Origin: a virus
Direction: 5' to 3' (one strand)
Virus record (IMG/VR): IMGVR_UViG_3300033149_002817
Coordinates: 31,585 to 95,584 of that record
Length of the DNA: 64,000 nucleotides
Below the pieces are notes generated by a model. The model did not search any database. It was not told the origin of the DNA and worked only from the letters and a program-made list of their open reading frames with translations. The translations under genes and the position numbers were made by a program. Positions 39,422 to 48,397 of this stretch are shown piece by piece (position 1 is the first letter of the stretch; each line of letters begins with the position of its first letter).

Positions 39422-41491
39422 ATGACGATCATCGTTGATGACAGTGGGCATCCCGTACTGCCGGGGGTACTCCCCGGTGTCGCGATCGGTCCCGCTTCTG
39501 TTCCGCCTACGTCCTTCTGGGCGACGATGGCGGCGGTTCCGCCTGTCGTCGCTCCGCCTGTCGTCTCCGATCCTGACGCGGATGTGCGCTTCGTCCTGCC
39601 GGATCTCTACTATTTCTACCCGCAGGTCATCCGCAACGAGGACGTGTATCTCGTTCCGCGCGGTGACGTTCCGGTGTACTTCTGGGACACCGTGCTGACG
39701 TGGGACACCGAACCTTACTCGTGGGATCAGCTGATCGGCCCGGAGCCGATTCTGCACACGACGACTCGCTGCCAGCAGATTGAATGGGAGCGCTCAGCGC
39801 TGGAGATCAACCGGCTGACGCGGCTGATCGACATCTTTGAGGTGCCCGCTGCCTACCTCGTGTACATCGCGGCGCAGCTCGGGACGGTGCTACCCGGCAC
39901 GAACGTCAGCGAGCAGCGGCTCTTCCTCTTCAACCTCGTGAAGTTCTACAAGGGGAAGGGCACACCGCTCACCTTCGTGCGCATGTTCGAGACGATGGGT
40001 TTTCATGTCTTCCTCACCGAGCAGTACCAGCGGGTGACGGACGCGAACTTCGTTCCCGGACCGCAGATAGCGCTTGTCGAGAGCACGTATGTCCTGGACG
40101 AAGCGGCCGGTACGACCATCGCCTCTCCGGGACCGTACCGGCTACGCCTTGCCAGCAACCCCGTCATGCGTGGCTCCATCAAGGTCACGGTCTACGATCA
40201 GGATGCCAACGCCCCGCGCGTCTTCATCGACAACAACGGCAGCTGGTCGGGCAACGTCACTGGCACCATCGACTACGAGACGGGAGCAGGCTTCTTTGTG
40301 CTGCCAGACACGCCGACGCTCGTGGGGCAGCCGATCACCGTCACGTACCGCTACCTCGCCGATCCGTTTCCGGACCCGTACGGAAGCCGGTGGGTGGACA
40401 GAGTGCGCAGCTCGTACGTCGCGGCGGCGTTTCAGGCGATCGATGACACGGTCGTCGTCACCGAAGAGCTGGCTGAGCGGCTGGAGGCGATGCTGGAGTT
40501 GCTTCGCCCCGCACACGTCCTGTTCGACGACGTTAGCCTCCGCAGCGCGTGGATCGAGGACGCGGCACCGACCGAAGAGATGAACATCTTCGGCATCCTG
40601 TTCTATGAACCGGTGTTCGAGGTGCCTTATCGCGGCTACGGCTACGACGTTACTGAGAACATGTCGACCATCCCGGACCAGCCGTTCGCGGGTCGGCACC
40701 GGGACGAAGAAGAGTGGATCATCACGTACGAGCAGGACGCCTTGCCGACTCCGCAGGCGCCCTACGTGTACCCGTGGTCGCGCACGGGGACGTTTTACAA
40801 CCCGCTCGACGTTACCTCTCCGACGAAGGACTACCTCGGCTACAGCCCCTACGACAGCTATGAGAGCGCGGTTACGGCGGACCTCGTAGCCTCGACGACC
40901 ATCTTCTCCATCACGGACGTGGGCACTCTCCCGGCGACGATCGGTAGCGGCAATTGCAAGCTCGTCTTCAAGACGGCGTCCGCGAAGCTCTCGGGGGAGT
41001 GGAGCGGCGTCGTGACCATCGTCGATAGCGGCGCCTACTTCACGGTCACGGTGAGCCCCGCGCTTCCGCTCGTGCCAGAGACGGGCGACGAGGTCATCCT
41101 GCTCCCGAACCGCGCGGTTCGGCGGGATTGCCTCGACGTGCGGCCGATCGACGCCCTTGATATCTACTACGTCGAGGACGCGTACCCGGGCAACGGCATC
41201 GCGACAACCTTCACGGGTTTCTACATCGCGAGCCAGCCGTGCCTTCCGAATGCGGTGCTGCTACGCTTCACCGTCGCCGGGACGACGTACGAGGAGTCTG
41301 ACGACGGTGTCGGAGGCTTCTCGAACAACAGCGGGCTCGTCGTCGGCGGAGGCACGTCCATCGACTACACGGGACCGGGCGCACCTCCCGCGGGTGAGTT
41401 CAAGTTTCAATCGACGATCGCACCGGACGGCGCAACGAATGTGCAGGTGCTCTACGGCACGGCGGGCACGACAGGACTGGGGGATTTCTGA
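39422..41491 (+). CDS. Baseplate wedge protein, gp7/P2 gpI-like
   Basis: YL.YIA.QLG, FYKGKGT, LRPAHV motifs. Confidence 0.8.
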   Translation: MTIIVDDSGHPVLPGVLPGVAIGPASVPPTSFWATMAAVPPVVAPPVVSDPDADVRFVLPDLYYFYPQVIRNEDVYLVPRGDVPVYFWDTVLTWDTEPYSWDQLIGPEPILHTTTRCQQIEWERSALEINRLTRLIDIFEVPAAYLVYIAAQLGTVLPGTNVSEQRLFLFNLVKFYKGKGTPLTFVRMFETMGFHVFLTEQYQRVTDANFVPGPQIALVESTYVLDEAAGTTIASPGPYRLRLASNPVMRGSIKVTVYDQDANAPRVFIDNNGSWSGNVTGTIDYETGAGFFVLPDTPTLVGQPITVTYRYLADPFPDPYGSRWVDRVRSSYVAAAFQAIDDTVVVTEELAERLEAMLELLRPAHVLFDDVSLRSAWIEDAAPTEEMNIFGILFYEPVFEVPYRGYGYDVTENMSTIPDQPFAGRHRDEEEWIITYEQDALPTPQAPYVYPWSRTGTFYNPLDVTSPTKDYLGYSPYDSYESAVTADLVASTTIFSITDVGTLPATIGSGNCKLVFKTASAKLSGEWSGVVTIVDSGAYFTVTVSPALPLVPETGDEVILLPNRAVRRDCLDVRPIDALDIYYVEDAYPGNGIATTFTGFYIASQPCLPNAVLLRFTVAGTTYEESDDGVGGFSNNSGLVVGGGTSIDYTGPGAPPAGEFKFQSTIAPDGATNVQVLYGTAGTTGLGDF

Positions 41492-41940
41492 TGACGCAAG
41501 GCTTCGACTCCGCGGAACCGGTTGCTGGGTCAGCGGTTGTCTCACAGCCGGTGCGCTGGAACTTCAATGCAGTCGCGACGACGCACTACGGAGACTCCGC
41601 GCCGTCAGACCCGCAGAGCGGATGGCCGTGGGTCGACAGCAGCGACCCGCTCAACGTCAAGCTCAAGTTCTACATCGAGGGCATCTGGTACGTCATAATC
41701 TCGGACCTGACGGCGGGGGCAATCACCCCAAGCGGGCTCGGGAAGTACATCCACAACGAGAGCGCGCCCGCCCTGACGTGGACCATCACGCATGGGCTCA
41801 ACACGGCGAGTCCGCTCGTCGGGGTGTGGGATAGCTCGAACCAGCTGATCCTCCCGGACACTGTCACGGTCATCGACACGAACCACGTGACGCTCACATT
41901 CCTCGTCGCGCAGTCAGGTCAAGCCATTATCGTGGGGTAA
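41491..41940 (+). CDS. Small fibre/baseplate protein
   Basis: TWTITHGLN..P.V.V.D...DTN..TLTF....G.A module. Confidence 0.7.
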   Translation: MTQGFDSAEPVAGSAVVSQPVRWNFNAVATTHYGDSAPSDPQSGWPWVDSSDPLNVKLKFYIEGIWYVIISDLTAGAITPSGLGKYIHNESAPALTWTITHGLNTASPLVGVWDSSNQLILPDTVTVIDTNHVTLTFLVAQSGQAIIVG

Positions 41941-41942
41941 GC

Positions 41943-42488
41943 ATGGGCATCTTCTTCCCTGAAGAGCTGGAGATCATCGAGAAGCAGCGTCGGGCGGCTG
42001 AAGGGCGCATCCTCGTCCAGGGGTGTTTGTCCTTCGTCGCGCGCGAGCCGGGCAAGCCGGGGCGGCTCCTCAGCGTCGGGGAGAACCTCGTCGTCAACGA
42101 GGGGAAGCAGTCGCTCGCGAAGCTGTTTGGGCTCACCGCGCTCGCCGGCACCTACCCGGCGGTCGCGGGCGTCTCCGACATCGGCTACTTCGCCGTCGGT
42201 GATGGGGGCCTGTCGCCGCTGCCGACGACGAACGCGCTCATCAACGAGCTGACGGGCGGGGCCGTTCCGCGGCCGACGTTCATCGTGAGCCTACCACCCC
42301 CAGGCCCCCCGCATGTTACCATGCTTGCTGTAGCACAGATCGGTACGTCAGATTTGAACGGCTCGAATATCGATGAGGCCGCGATTTTTTCGCAGGACAA
42401 TACAACCATGTTCGCCGCCCGCGGATTCGGTGCCATCGCGAAGACCGCGGCGTACGCCTTAGAGGGTCGGTGGACGATTACGTTCTGA
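41943..42488 (+). CDS. Tail-collar/fibre attachment protein
   Basis: NLVVNEG, AVGDG, L.NE, I.EAAIF, MFAAR, W.ITF. Confidence 0.75.
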   Translation: MGIFFPEELEIIEKQRRAAEGRILVQGCLSFVAREPGKPGRLLSVGENLVVNEGKQSLAKLFGLTALAGTYPAVAGVSDIGYFAVGDGGLSPLPTTNALINELTGGAVPRPTFIVSLPPPGPPHVTMLAVAQIGTSDLNGSNIDEAAIFSQDNTTMFAARGFGAIAKTAAYALEGRWTITF

Positions 42489-42501
42489 TGTCGATTGACG
42501 C

Positions 42502-42550
42502 TTGACCTTTGACTACCGCGTGGCTATCCTTCCTCACGGAGGTAGCCATG
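42502..42550 (+). promoter_or_regulatory. Sigma70-type promoter and SD-sequestering hairpin of the HNH gene
   Basis: TTGACC (42502-07), 17 nt, TATCCT (42525-30); tggctatccttcc pairs with ggaggtagcca. Confidence 0.6.
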
Positions 42551-43237
42551 AAGAGATCAAGGGAACGTGTCGAGAAGGTCTGTGAGCACTGCGGGGAGCA
42601 CTTCACCATCCTGGCAACGCGAGCGCGTAGAGGGAAGGGACGGTTCTGTTCTCGCCCGTGCGCAAACCTCGGCCGGCGGAAGGTCGGCGAGCGTACATGC
42701 GCGCAGTGTAAGGAGCTGTTCCATCGGCCACCGTCAGAGATGGGAGCGTTCTGCTCAAAGCAGTGTGCGGACGCATCGCGCAGGGTTCCAGCGGAGGAGC
42801 GCTTCTGGAAGCACGTGCAGAAGGGCAAGCCGGACGAGTGCTGGGAGTGGACGGGAGGTCGCTTCAATAACGGCTACGGTCTGCTGTCTATCGACCGGGT
42901 GCCGACCGGAGCCCATCGGTTCTCGTACCAGCTCGTGTACGGTGAGATTCCAGAAGGACGTTACGTCTGCCACACGTGCGACAACAAGGGCTGCGTCAAC
43001 CCTGCGCACCTCTTCGTCGGTACCGCCGCCGACAACATGCGAGACGCACAACAGAAGGGTCGTATGCAGCGTGGTGCGGACCGACCCGCAGCGAAGCTCT
43101 GTGAGGTCGACGTGCGCGTGATACGTTCTCGCGCTTCAGCGGATGAGCTTCATCGGGTCATTGCAAGCGATTACGACGTCTCGTCGGTAACTATCGGGCG
43201 CATAGTTCGACGCATCGCGTGGGCACACGTAAAGTGA
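42548..43237 (+). mobile_element. Free-standing HNH homing endonuclease with N-terminal Zn fingers
   Basis: CWEWTG...GYG...AHRFSY...VCHTCDN..CVNP.HL..GT..DN; two CxxC..FCSxxC repeats. Confidence 0.9.
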
Positions 43238-43245
43238 GGTAGGTT

Positions 43246-44532
43246 ATGGTTTTAGGGATAAAAGGCGCCGACGGGTTGGAGGTAGTCCGCGCTTACGTGG
43301 CGCAAGACCTTGTCTACGCGTCGATTGACAATAGGCCGATCGATGACCTCGGCGCGAGAGATGAGGATCTTCTCCGCCTCCACAAGCCTGCTCACGGTAT
43401 GCACATCGATCAGACGGCCTCGCCCTCCACGCAGGTCGTTGCTGCGCCTGGTACGTGGTACGCCGATGGCACGTCCATAATGCAGTACGCGGGAGCAACG
43501 CTTGCAGCGATCACGCCTACTGCAGCCGGGCGGATCAGACTCGACGTCATCTGGTTCTCCCTCGCGACCTCCCTCGTCACCGTCACGGCGGGTACGGGCG
43601 CAAGTGAGGGTGCTGTTGGGGCCGGTTTCGCTGCCCTAACGCGACCCGATCTTCCCGCGAACACCGGGGCGGTGCCGATCGCGTACCTCTACGTGGGAGA
43701 AGTCACGGGCTCTACGGTCCCCTTCGATCGGACCATTGCGATCAACACCGCGGGGCACATGGAAGACATCCGGCCGATGCCGGGGTTTGGTACCCCGCTC
43801 GGGGCACTGGAGTCGTCAGCTCCTAACCTTGCGGTCGATGGTGTGGCCGCTCTCGGCACGCAGGACGCGCTCGTGCGCTCCGACCATGTTCACCCCGCCA
43901 ACGTCAGCGCGGTGCTTCCCGCGTCGCTCTCCGTGGGCGCGGCAGGTGTGGCAGGCGCAGCATCGGTCTACGCGCGCGTGGATCACAACCATGCGGTTCC
44001 GCCGGCTACGTCGGGCGCGACCTTCCAGAGCGATGTCAGCGGCGGCTCGGCGGGCGCTTCGGCGCTTTTCGCGCGTGCCGACCATCGTCACGTGACGAAC
44101 GTCGGTGCCTCGACGCCTGCGCAGATCACACCAACTTCAGGCAGCGCGTCGGCCGGTAGCGGTACGGTCTACGCCCGGACCGATCACGTTCACTACGATC
44201 CGAACGTCGTCGAGCTGTACACCGTCACGTGGCAGTCAGGTGTGATCGCGCACGGAACCGACATCTTCAACACCTTCATCAATGGCGTCATGAGGTTTGC
44301 GGACAACGGGCTCGTCACGTCGAAGTCGACCGTGCGGTGCGTCGGCTTCGGGATGGTTGGCGCGCCGGACTTCACCGAGTCGAACGAGCGGCACCATGCC
44401 TCTCTCAGCTCGTCCTACATCATCACATACAACCATTTCGGCGTATGGGGGAACATCTCGTACTTCGCGACGTTCGCAGCGAAGCGTGGTACGTGGCGGA
44501 ACGCCCAGAACTTCATCGGCTACTTGAGCTAA
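43246..44532 (+). CDS. Tail fibre protein with four RxDHxH repeats
   Basis: R.D.I...PIAYLYV..I.D.RP N-terminal attachment-like domain; RSDHVH, RVDHNH, RADHRH, RTDHVH. Confidence 0.8.
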   Translation: MVLGIKGADGLEVVRAYVAQDLVYASIDNRPIDDLGARDEDLLRLHKPAHGMHIDQTASPSTQVVAAPGTWYADGTSIMQYAGATLAAITPTAAGRIRLDVIWFSLATSLVTVTAGTGASEGAVGAGFAALTRPDLPANTGAVPIAYLYVGEVTGSTVPFDRTIAINTAGHMEDIRPMPGFGTPLGALESSAPNLAVDGVAALGTQDALVRSDHVHPANVSAVLPASLSVGAAGVAGAASVYARVDHNHAVPPATSGATFQSDVSGGSAGASALFARADHRHVTNVGASTPAQITPTSGSASAGSGTVYARTDHVHYDPNVVELYTVTWQSGVIAHGTDIFNTFINGVMRFADNGLVTSKSTVRCVGFGMVGAPDFTESNERHHASLSSSYIITYNHFGVWGNISYFATFAAKRGTWRNAQNFIGYLS

Positions 44533-44543
44533 CGGAGGCGATT

Positions 44544-44810
44544 GTGCGTAACTTGGGGATGACGTTACTGCTTCTGCTTGCGGTGCTTGTGCTTAGCGCG
44601 TGCCCCGTCACCGTGCAGCAGTACGACGAGCAGACGGTAGCGAACGTGCGGAAGACCATTGACCACGAGCGGAAGACGATGGCGCGAATCGAGGCGACAT
44701 TCCCAGCGGACAAGCTCGCACCGTTCCGAGTGCTGCATGACGCGGAGATCGACCGCCTCGATGCGTGGCTCCTAATGGAAGAGGCCAAGTCGGAGAAACC
44801 CCCGCAATGA
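44544..44810 (+). CDS. Lipoprotein (o-spanin-like or exclusion protein)
   Basis: GGAGG SD; MRNLGMTLLLLLAVLVLSA-C lipobox. Confidence 0.7.
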   Translation: MRNLGMTLLLLLAVLVLSACPVTVQQYDEQTVANVRKTIDHERKTMARIEATFPADKLAPFRVLHDAEIDRLDAWLLMEEAKSEKPPQ

Positions 44811-45388
44811 CAGCTTTCCACGAGGACGCAGCCCCCTCCGAAGACCTTGAGATGCGCTCTCTCCCCGTCGAGGACTGCAGCATCGCACCGGGCGAGGGCG
44901 ACACGACCGCTGGACCGAATGTCGTCATCCCGCCGCGTGCGCCGCTCGACGAGATCATCGAGGTAGTAAAGTTTGAGGACGCCGTCGAGGCGGCGAAACT
45001 CAAAGCGGAGGTAGTGGCCGACGCGATTGCCGAGATCATCAAGACGCAAGCGCAGGTAGCGCTGACGCAGCTTGCGCAGGCGACCGAGACCGGGCTCGAC
45101 CTCGGCAAGCGCATCGTCCAGGGGATAGCGAACGTCGCGGAGCTGCTCGCCAAGGGTGAGATCGACACCGAGACGGCGAACGAGGCGCTCTCTCAGCGCA
45201 TGATGGCGTTGGAAAACCTCGCGTTCGCAGAGCGGAACGAGGCCGCTCAGATCGCCGCAGCGAGCGCGCGTGCTACCTTCACTGCTGTGTCGAGCGTGCT
45301 CTTCGGGCTCGTGTCGACCGGCATGACGATCATCTCGCCAGCCATCGGCGTTGGTCTGTCAAAGGCTTTGGGATCGCTTGGCGAGTGA
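44807..45388 (+). CDS. Helical protein with hydrophobic C-terminus
   Basis: ATGA overlap with lipoprotein; C-terminal VSSVLFGLVSTGMTIISPAIGVGL. Confidence 0.65.
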   Translation: MTAFHEDAAPSEDLEMRSLPVEDCSIAPGEGDTTAGPNVVIPPRAPLDEIIEVVKFEDAVEAAKLKAEVVADAIAEIIKTQAQVALTQLAQATETGLDLGKRIVQGIANVAELLAKGEIDTETANEALSQRMMALENLAFAERNEAAQIAAASARATFTAVSSVLFGLVSTGMTIISPAIGVGLSKALGSLGE

Positions 45389-45408
45389 AGATCCGCACGT
45401 TACCGGGT

Positions 45409-45561
45409 ATGAGCAAGAAGACGACGACCCGCGCCTGCGAGCATTGCGGTCGCCGGGTCATCGCTGAGCTGTGGATCGCTGTCAAAGACTGCGTGTGCTT
45501 GCACGGTGTGTGGAGAGAGCGCTACTTCTACCACTGCCCCTACTGTGACGGATTGCGATGA
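45409..45561 (+). CDS. 50-aa Zn-ribbon peptide (not in ORF track)
   Basis: MSKKTTTRACEHCGRR...YHCPYCDGLR; stop 7 nt before kinase ATG. Confidence 0.6.
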   Translation: MSKKTTTRACEHCGRRVIAELWIAVKDCVCLHGVWRERYFYHCPYCDGLR

Positions 45562-45568
45562 GGCGCTC

Positions 45569-46660
45569 ATGCCGCCCGACGAGTACGCGCTCCTGTTTGC
45601 GCACATGCTTGATGGCTTCGCGCTGCACGAGATCATCCTCGATAGTTCTGGCAAGCCCGTCGATTACAGATTCCTCGCGATCAACCCCGCGTTCGAGAAG
45701 CAGACCGGACTCCGTGCGGCCGACCTCATAGGGCGTACGGTTCTCGACGCCCTCCCCGACACAGAGCCCCGATGGATCGCGACCTACGGAAAGGTCGCGC
45801 TCACCGGTGAGCCGGTCGAGCTGGAGGAGTACGCTCAGGGGCTCGACCGCTACTTTCGCGTCGTGGCGTTCCGCCCGCGACCGATGCAGTTCGCGGTCAC
45901 CTTTCAGGACGTGACGGAGATCACGCGGGCGGCAGAGCTTCTTGAGCTTCGTGTTAAGGAGCGCACGGCAGAGCTGCAGTCGGCAAATGAAGAACTTGCA
46001 TCGTTCAGCTACGCGATCTCGCACGACCTCTGCTCTCCGCTCAGGGCCATCAACGGATTCGCGACGATCCTGAAGGAAAAATGCGCTCAGACGGCGACAG
46101 CGGACCCGCAGGCGAAGGTGTTCTTGCAGCGTATCTGCAAAGCAACGCTGCATATGGAGGCGCTTATCCGGGGTCTTCTGACGCTGTCGAAGACGACGCA
46201 GGCCGCGATTCGCTGCGTTGAGGTAGACGTGACGGACATGGCGAAGCGGATCGTAGAGACGCTACACTCCGAGGACACGAGCCGAAAGGCGGCCGTCACC
46301 ATCCATCCGGGCATGACGGCGATGGGCGATTCGTCTCTGATCCGTGTGCTCCTCACGAACCTCATCAACAACGCGTGGAAGTTCACCTCAGAGCGGAAGA
46401 CGACCGAGATTCGCATCGGGTACTCGGACGCCGTGTTCTTCGTTGAGGACAACGGTGCCGGGTTCGACGATACGGAGATGGATGGTCTGTTCAAACCCTT
46501 CCACCGGCTGCACGGCATTACCGAGTTCCCCGGCACGGGCATCGGGCTCGCGACGGTGCAGCGCATCGTCCACCGTCACGGTGGTGAGGTGTGGGCTCGT
46601 GCTCAGGTGGACAAAGGTGCGACCTTCTACTTCACACTTCCCCGTGTACCCCCGAAGTAA
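45569..46660 (+). CDS. Cytoplasmic PAS-domain sensor histidine kinase
   Basis: PAS (INPAFEKQTG...LIGR...QDVTE); H box SHDLCSPL; N box NLINNAWKF; G1 DNGAGF; F box FKPFHRL; G2 GTGIGL. Confidence 0.95.
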   Translation: MPPDEYALLFAHMLDGFALHEIILDSSGKPVDYRFLAINPAFEKQTGLRAADLIGRTVLDALPDTEPRWIATYGKVALTGEPVELEEYAQGLDRYFRVVAFRPRPMQFAVTFQDVTEITRAAELLELRVKERTAELQSANEELASFSYAISHDLCSPLRAINGFATILKEKCAQTATADPQAKVFLQRICKATLHMEALIRGLLTLSKTTQAAIRCVEVDVTDMAKRIVETLHSEDTSRKAAVTIHPGMTAMGDSSLIRVLLTNLINNAWKFTSERKTTEIRIGYSDAVFFVEDNGAGFDDTEMDGLFKPFHRLHGITEFPGTGIGLATVQRIVHRHGGEVWARAQVDKGATFYFTLPRVPPK

Positions 46661-46682
46661 CAGCATTTCTCTCAATTCTGTC

Positions 46683-46729
46683 TTGACTTCGTGTCCCCGC
46701 CATCGTACTATACTTGTGGAGCGAGTGAG
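46683..46729 (+). promoter_or_regulatory. Repeated early promoter element, copy 1
   Basis: TTGACT-17-TACTAT; 29-nt core catcgtactatacttgtggagcgagtgag at 46701-46729. Confidence 0.85.
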
Positions 46730-46747
46730 CTGAGACACGGAGCGCAC

Positions 46748-47089
46748 ATGGGCGACTTTGACAGATACTGGGCGATCGACGAGTGGGGTTCCCACCCGGA
46801 CGAGGGCAATGACGACCTGTGGACCGGAACCGAGCCGTTCCGGGCGGACGAGACGGACGCGAGGGCGTTCTTCAAGGGGTTCTCGCCCACCGAGGGGAGC
46901 AGCACGATGTATCTCGTACTCGTGAAGCTCGACGCCGAAAAGAGCAACGTGGGTGATCCGGTCGCTTACCGCCGGAACCCGGGATACCGGAAGACGAAGG
47001 ACGACCTGTCCGACTGGAACCGCGAGATCGCCATGCAGGCGGGCATGGGCGGCGGCTGCGACGCCTACAACGACGCAATGGGGTACTGA
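46748..47089 (+). CDS. Small acidic early protein
   Basis: GGAG SD; C-terminal EIAMQAGMGGGCDAYNDAMG. Confidence 0.7.
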   Translation: MGDFDRYWAIDEWGSHPDEGNDDLWTGTEPFRADETDARAFFKGFSPTEGSSTMYLVLVKLDAEKSNVGDPVAYRRNPGYRKTKDDLSDWNREIAMQAGMGGGCDAYNDAMGY

Positions 47090-47496
47090 TGACACGGCTC
47101 TGGAAATGCCCGGAGTGCGGGAAGGGGCTGCGCGCCCCGGGCCGGCTCCGCAAGAACGACACGCGGCGTTACTGCCTCCCCTGCTCCGCGAAGACAGGGA
47201 AGTTGGTAGAGCGCGTCTGCCCGGCAGCAGAGAAGAAGCGCGGCGTCGCCGCTGACAAGGCGAAGAAGCGCGGCGTGAGGCGTAAGTGCCATCCCGACAA
47301 CGAGACCGGCGTCAAGAGTCTTGACGTGGTGGCGGCCGACCCGCGTGTCGTGAAGGTGTGGAGCGAAGGCGAAGACGGCTATTGGGCGGAGCTGAAGCCG
47401 GGGCACAACTTCGAGGGCTGCTCGACGGTGCATGAGTGGACGGTCGAGTACATGAAGGTGGCGCTTGACCTCGTCGAGGAGGGCGACCCGTATTGA
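47089..47496 (+). CDS. Early protein with N-terminal Zn finger
   Basis: CPEC...YCLPC; coupled start. Confidence 0.7.
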   Translation: MTRLWKCPECGKGLRAPGRLRKNDTRRYCLPCSAKTGKLVERVCPAAEKKRGVAADKAKKRGVRRKCHPDNETGVKSLDVVAADPRVVKVWSEGEDGYWAELKPGHNFEGCSTVHEWTVEYMKVALDLVEEGDPY

Positions 47497-47517
47497 CGGG
47501 TTTCGTCGATTTTAGAC

Positions 47518-47564
47518 TTGATTTCGTGGCCTCCACATCGTACTATACTTGTGGAGCGAGTGAG
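47518..47564 (+). promoter_or_regulatory. Repeated early promoter element, copy 2
   Basis: TTGATT-17-TACTAT; identical core 47536-47564; ctccaca/tgtggag inverted repeat around the -10. Confidence 0.85.
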
Positions 47565-47587
47565 TCAAGCGAAGCGGAGAAGACACC

Positions 47588-48022
47588 ATGTGGCCTGAGT
47601 TCAAGAAGCCTGAGCCGAAGCCGGTCGGCACTTTCCATCTGGCTGAGGACGTGGAGTACACACAGCACTACGAGACCGCCTCGTGGTGGAAGAAGCACGC
47701 CGTCAAGGCGGGCAGCTACCCGATCGTCAAATCGACCGATCACGGTACGAACTACTGGTACCTCGTGCGGCTGCCGTCGGTTGTCGGGAACAGCGCCTTC
47801 GGCCGGAACCGGTACGAAGCCAACAGGGACAAGGGTCAGAGCGGCACGTACCATCTCCAGTTCGACGCCTACCAGGTTGCCAACTTCGTCGGCGAGGGCA
47901 AGGTGACGCTGAACGAGGACTGGGAAGTCGAGACGGTTGGTAAGTACGGCCCGGAGTGCGGGAAGCTGGCCGAGAAGCCGATAGTTCGGGTGAAGCCGGC
48001 TGGCTCGCCCTTCCAGGGGTAG
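47588..48022 (+). CDS. Hypothetical early protein
   Basis: GGAG SD; strong codon bias. Confidence 0.7.
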   Translation: MWPEFKKPEPKPVGTFHLAEDVEYTQHYETASWWKKHAVKAGSYPIVKSTDHGTNYWYLVRLPSVVGNSAFGRNRYEANRDKGQSGTYHLQFDAYQVANFVGEGKVTLNEDWEVETVGKYGPECGKLAEKPIVRVKPAGSPFQG

Positions 48023-48030
48023 GAACGGAC

Positions 48031-48378
48031 ATGGCAAAGAGCAAGCGCGACATCTCGGTGCTCTACGAAAGCATCGACCGCTTCTGTCAGCGGCGGAAGT
48101 TCAAGACTGTGAAGGGCGCAAGCAAGTTCGCCCGGAAGTGGGTCGGCGATCATCCCGAGCAGGGCTCCTACTACGCGGTCAGCTTCGACGGTGTCGGCAA
48201 GGTGAGCTGGTCAGGAGCGACGTTCGACGAGCTGTTTCCGCGCCCGGAGCCCGCCAAGAGCGACGACTACGGCTTCGGTGATTACCCCTACTGCCCCGAG
48301 CCGCCCGAGGTTGATTTCCCGTCGGATCTGCCGCAGTGGGTCGGACCTCCGATCGACGAATACCCCCTCCCGTTCTAA
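48031..48378 (+). CDS. Hypothetical early protein
   Basis: Y.SID....RKFKT..GA.KFA..WVG..PE.GS.YAVS.DG pattern; SD. Confidence 0.7.
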   Translation: MAKSKRDISVLYESIDRFCQRRKFKTVKGASKFARKWVGDHPEQGSYYAVSFDGVGKVSWSGATFDELFPRPEPAKSDDYGFGDYPYCPEPPEVDFPSDLPQWVGPPIDEYPLPF

Positions 48379-48397
48379 GCGGGAGTCGATTTTCCTC

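Noticed and set aside
36343-39432. Long minus-strand ORFs (430 and 486 aa), and similar ones opposite the polymerase and M14 genes
   Set aside because: Arg-rich shadows expected from high GC3 bias on the coding strand
1-45400. T4-type late promoter TATAAATA or another shared late motif
   Set aside because: Not noticed upstream of structural genes; short matches such as gcgttat/tgactgtc at ~3790 and ~23310 are too weak without motif statistics
45569-46660. Kinase as a prophage boundary or host DNA
   Set aside because: Phage-type genes continue on both sides and no integrase or att site is visible; a chimeric assembly still needs a read-level check
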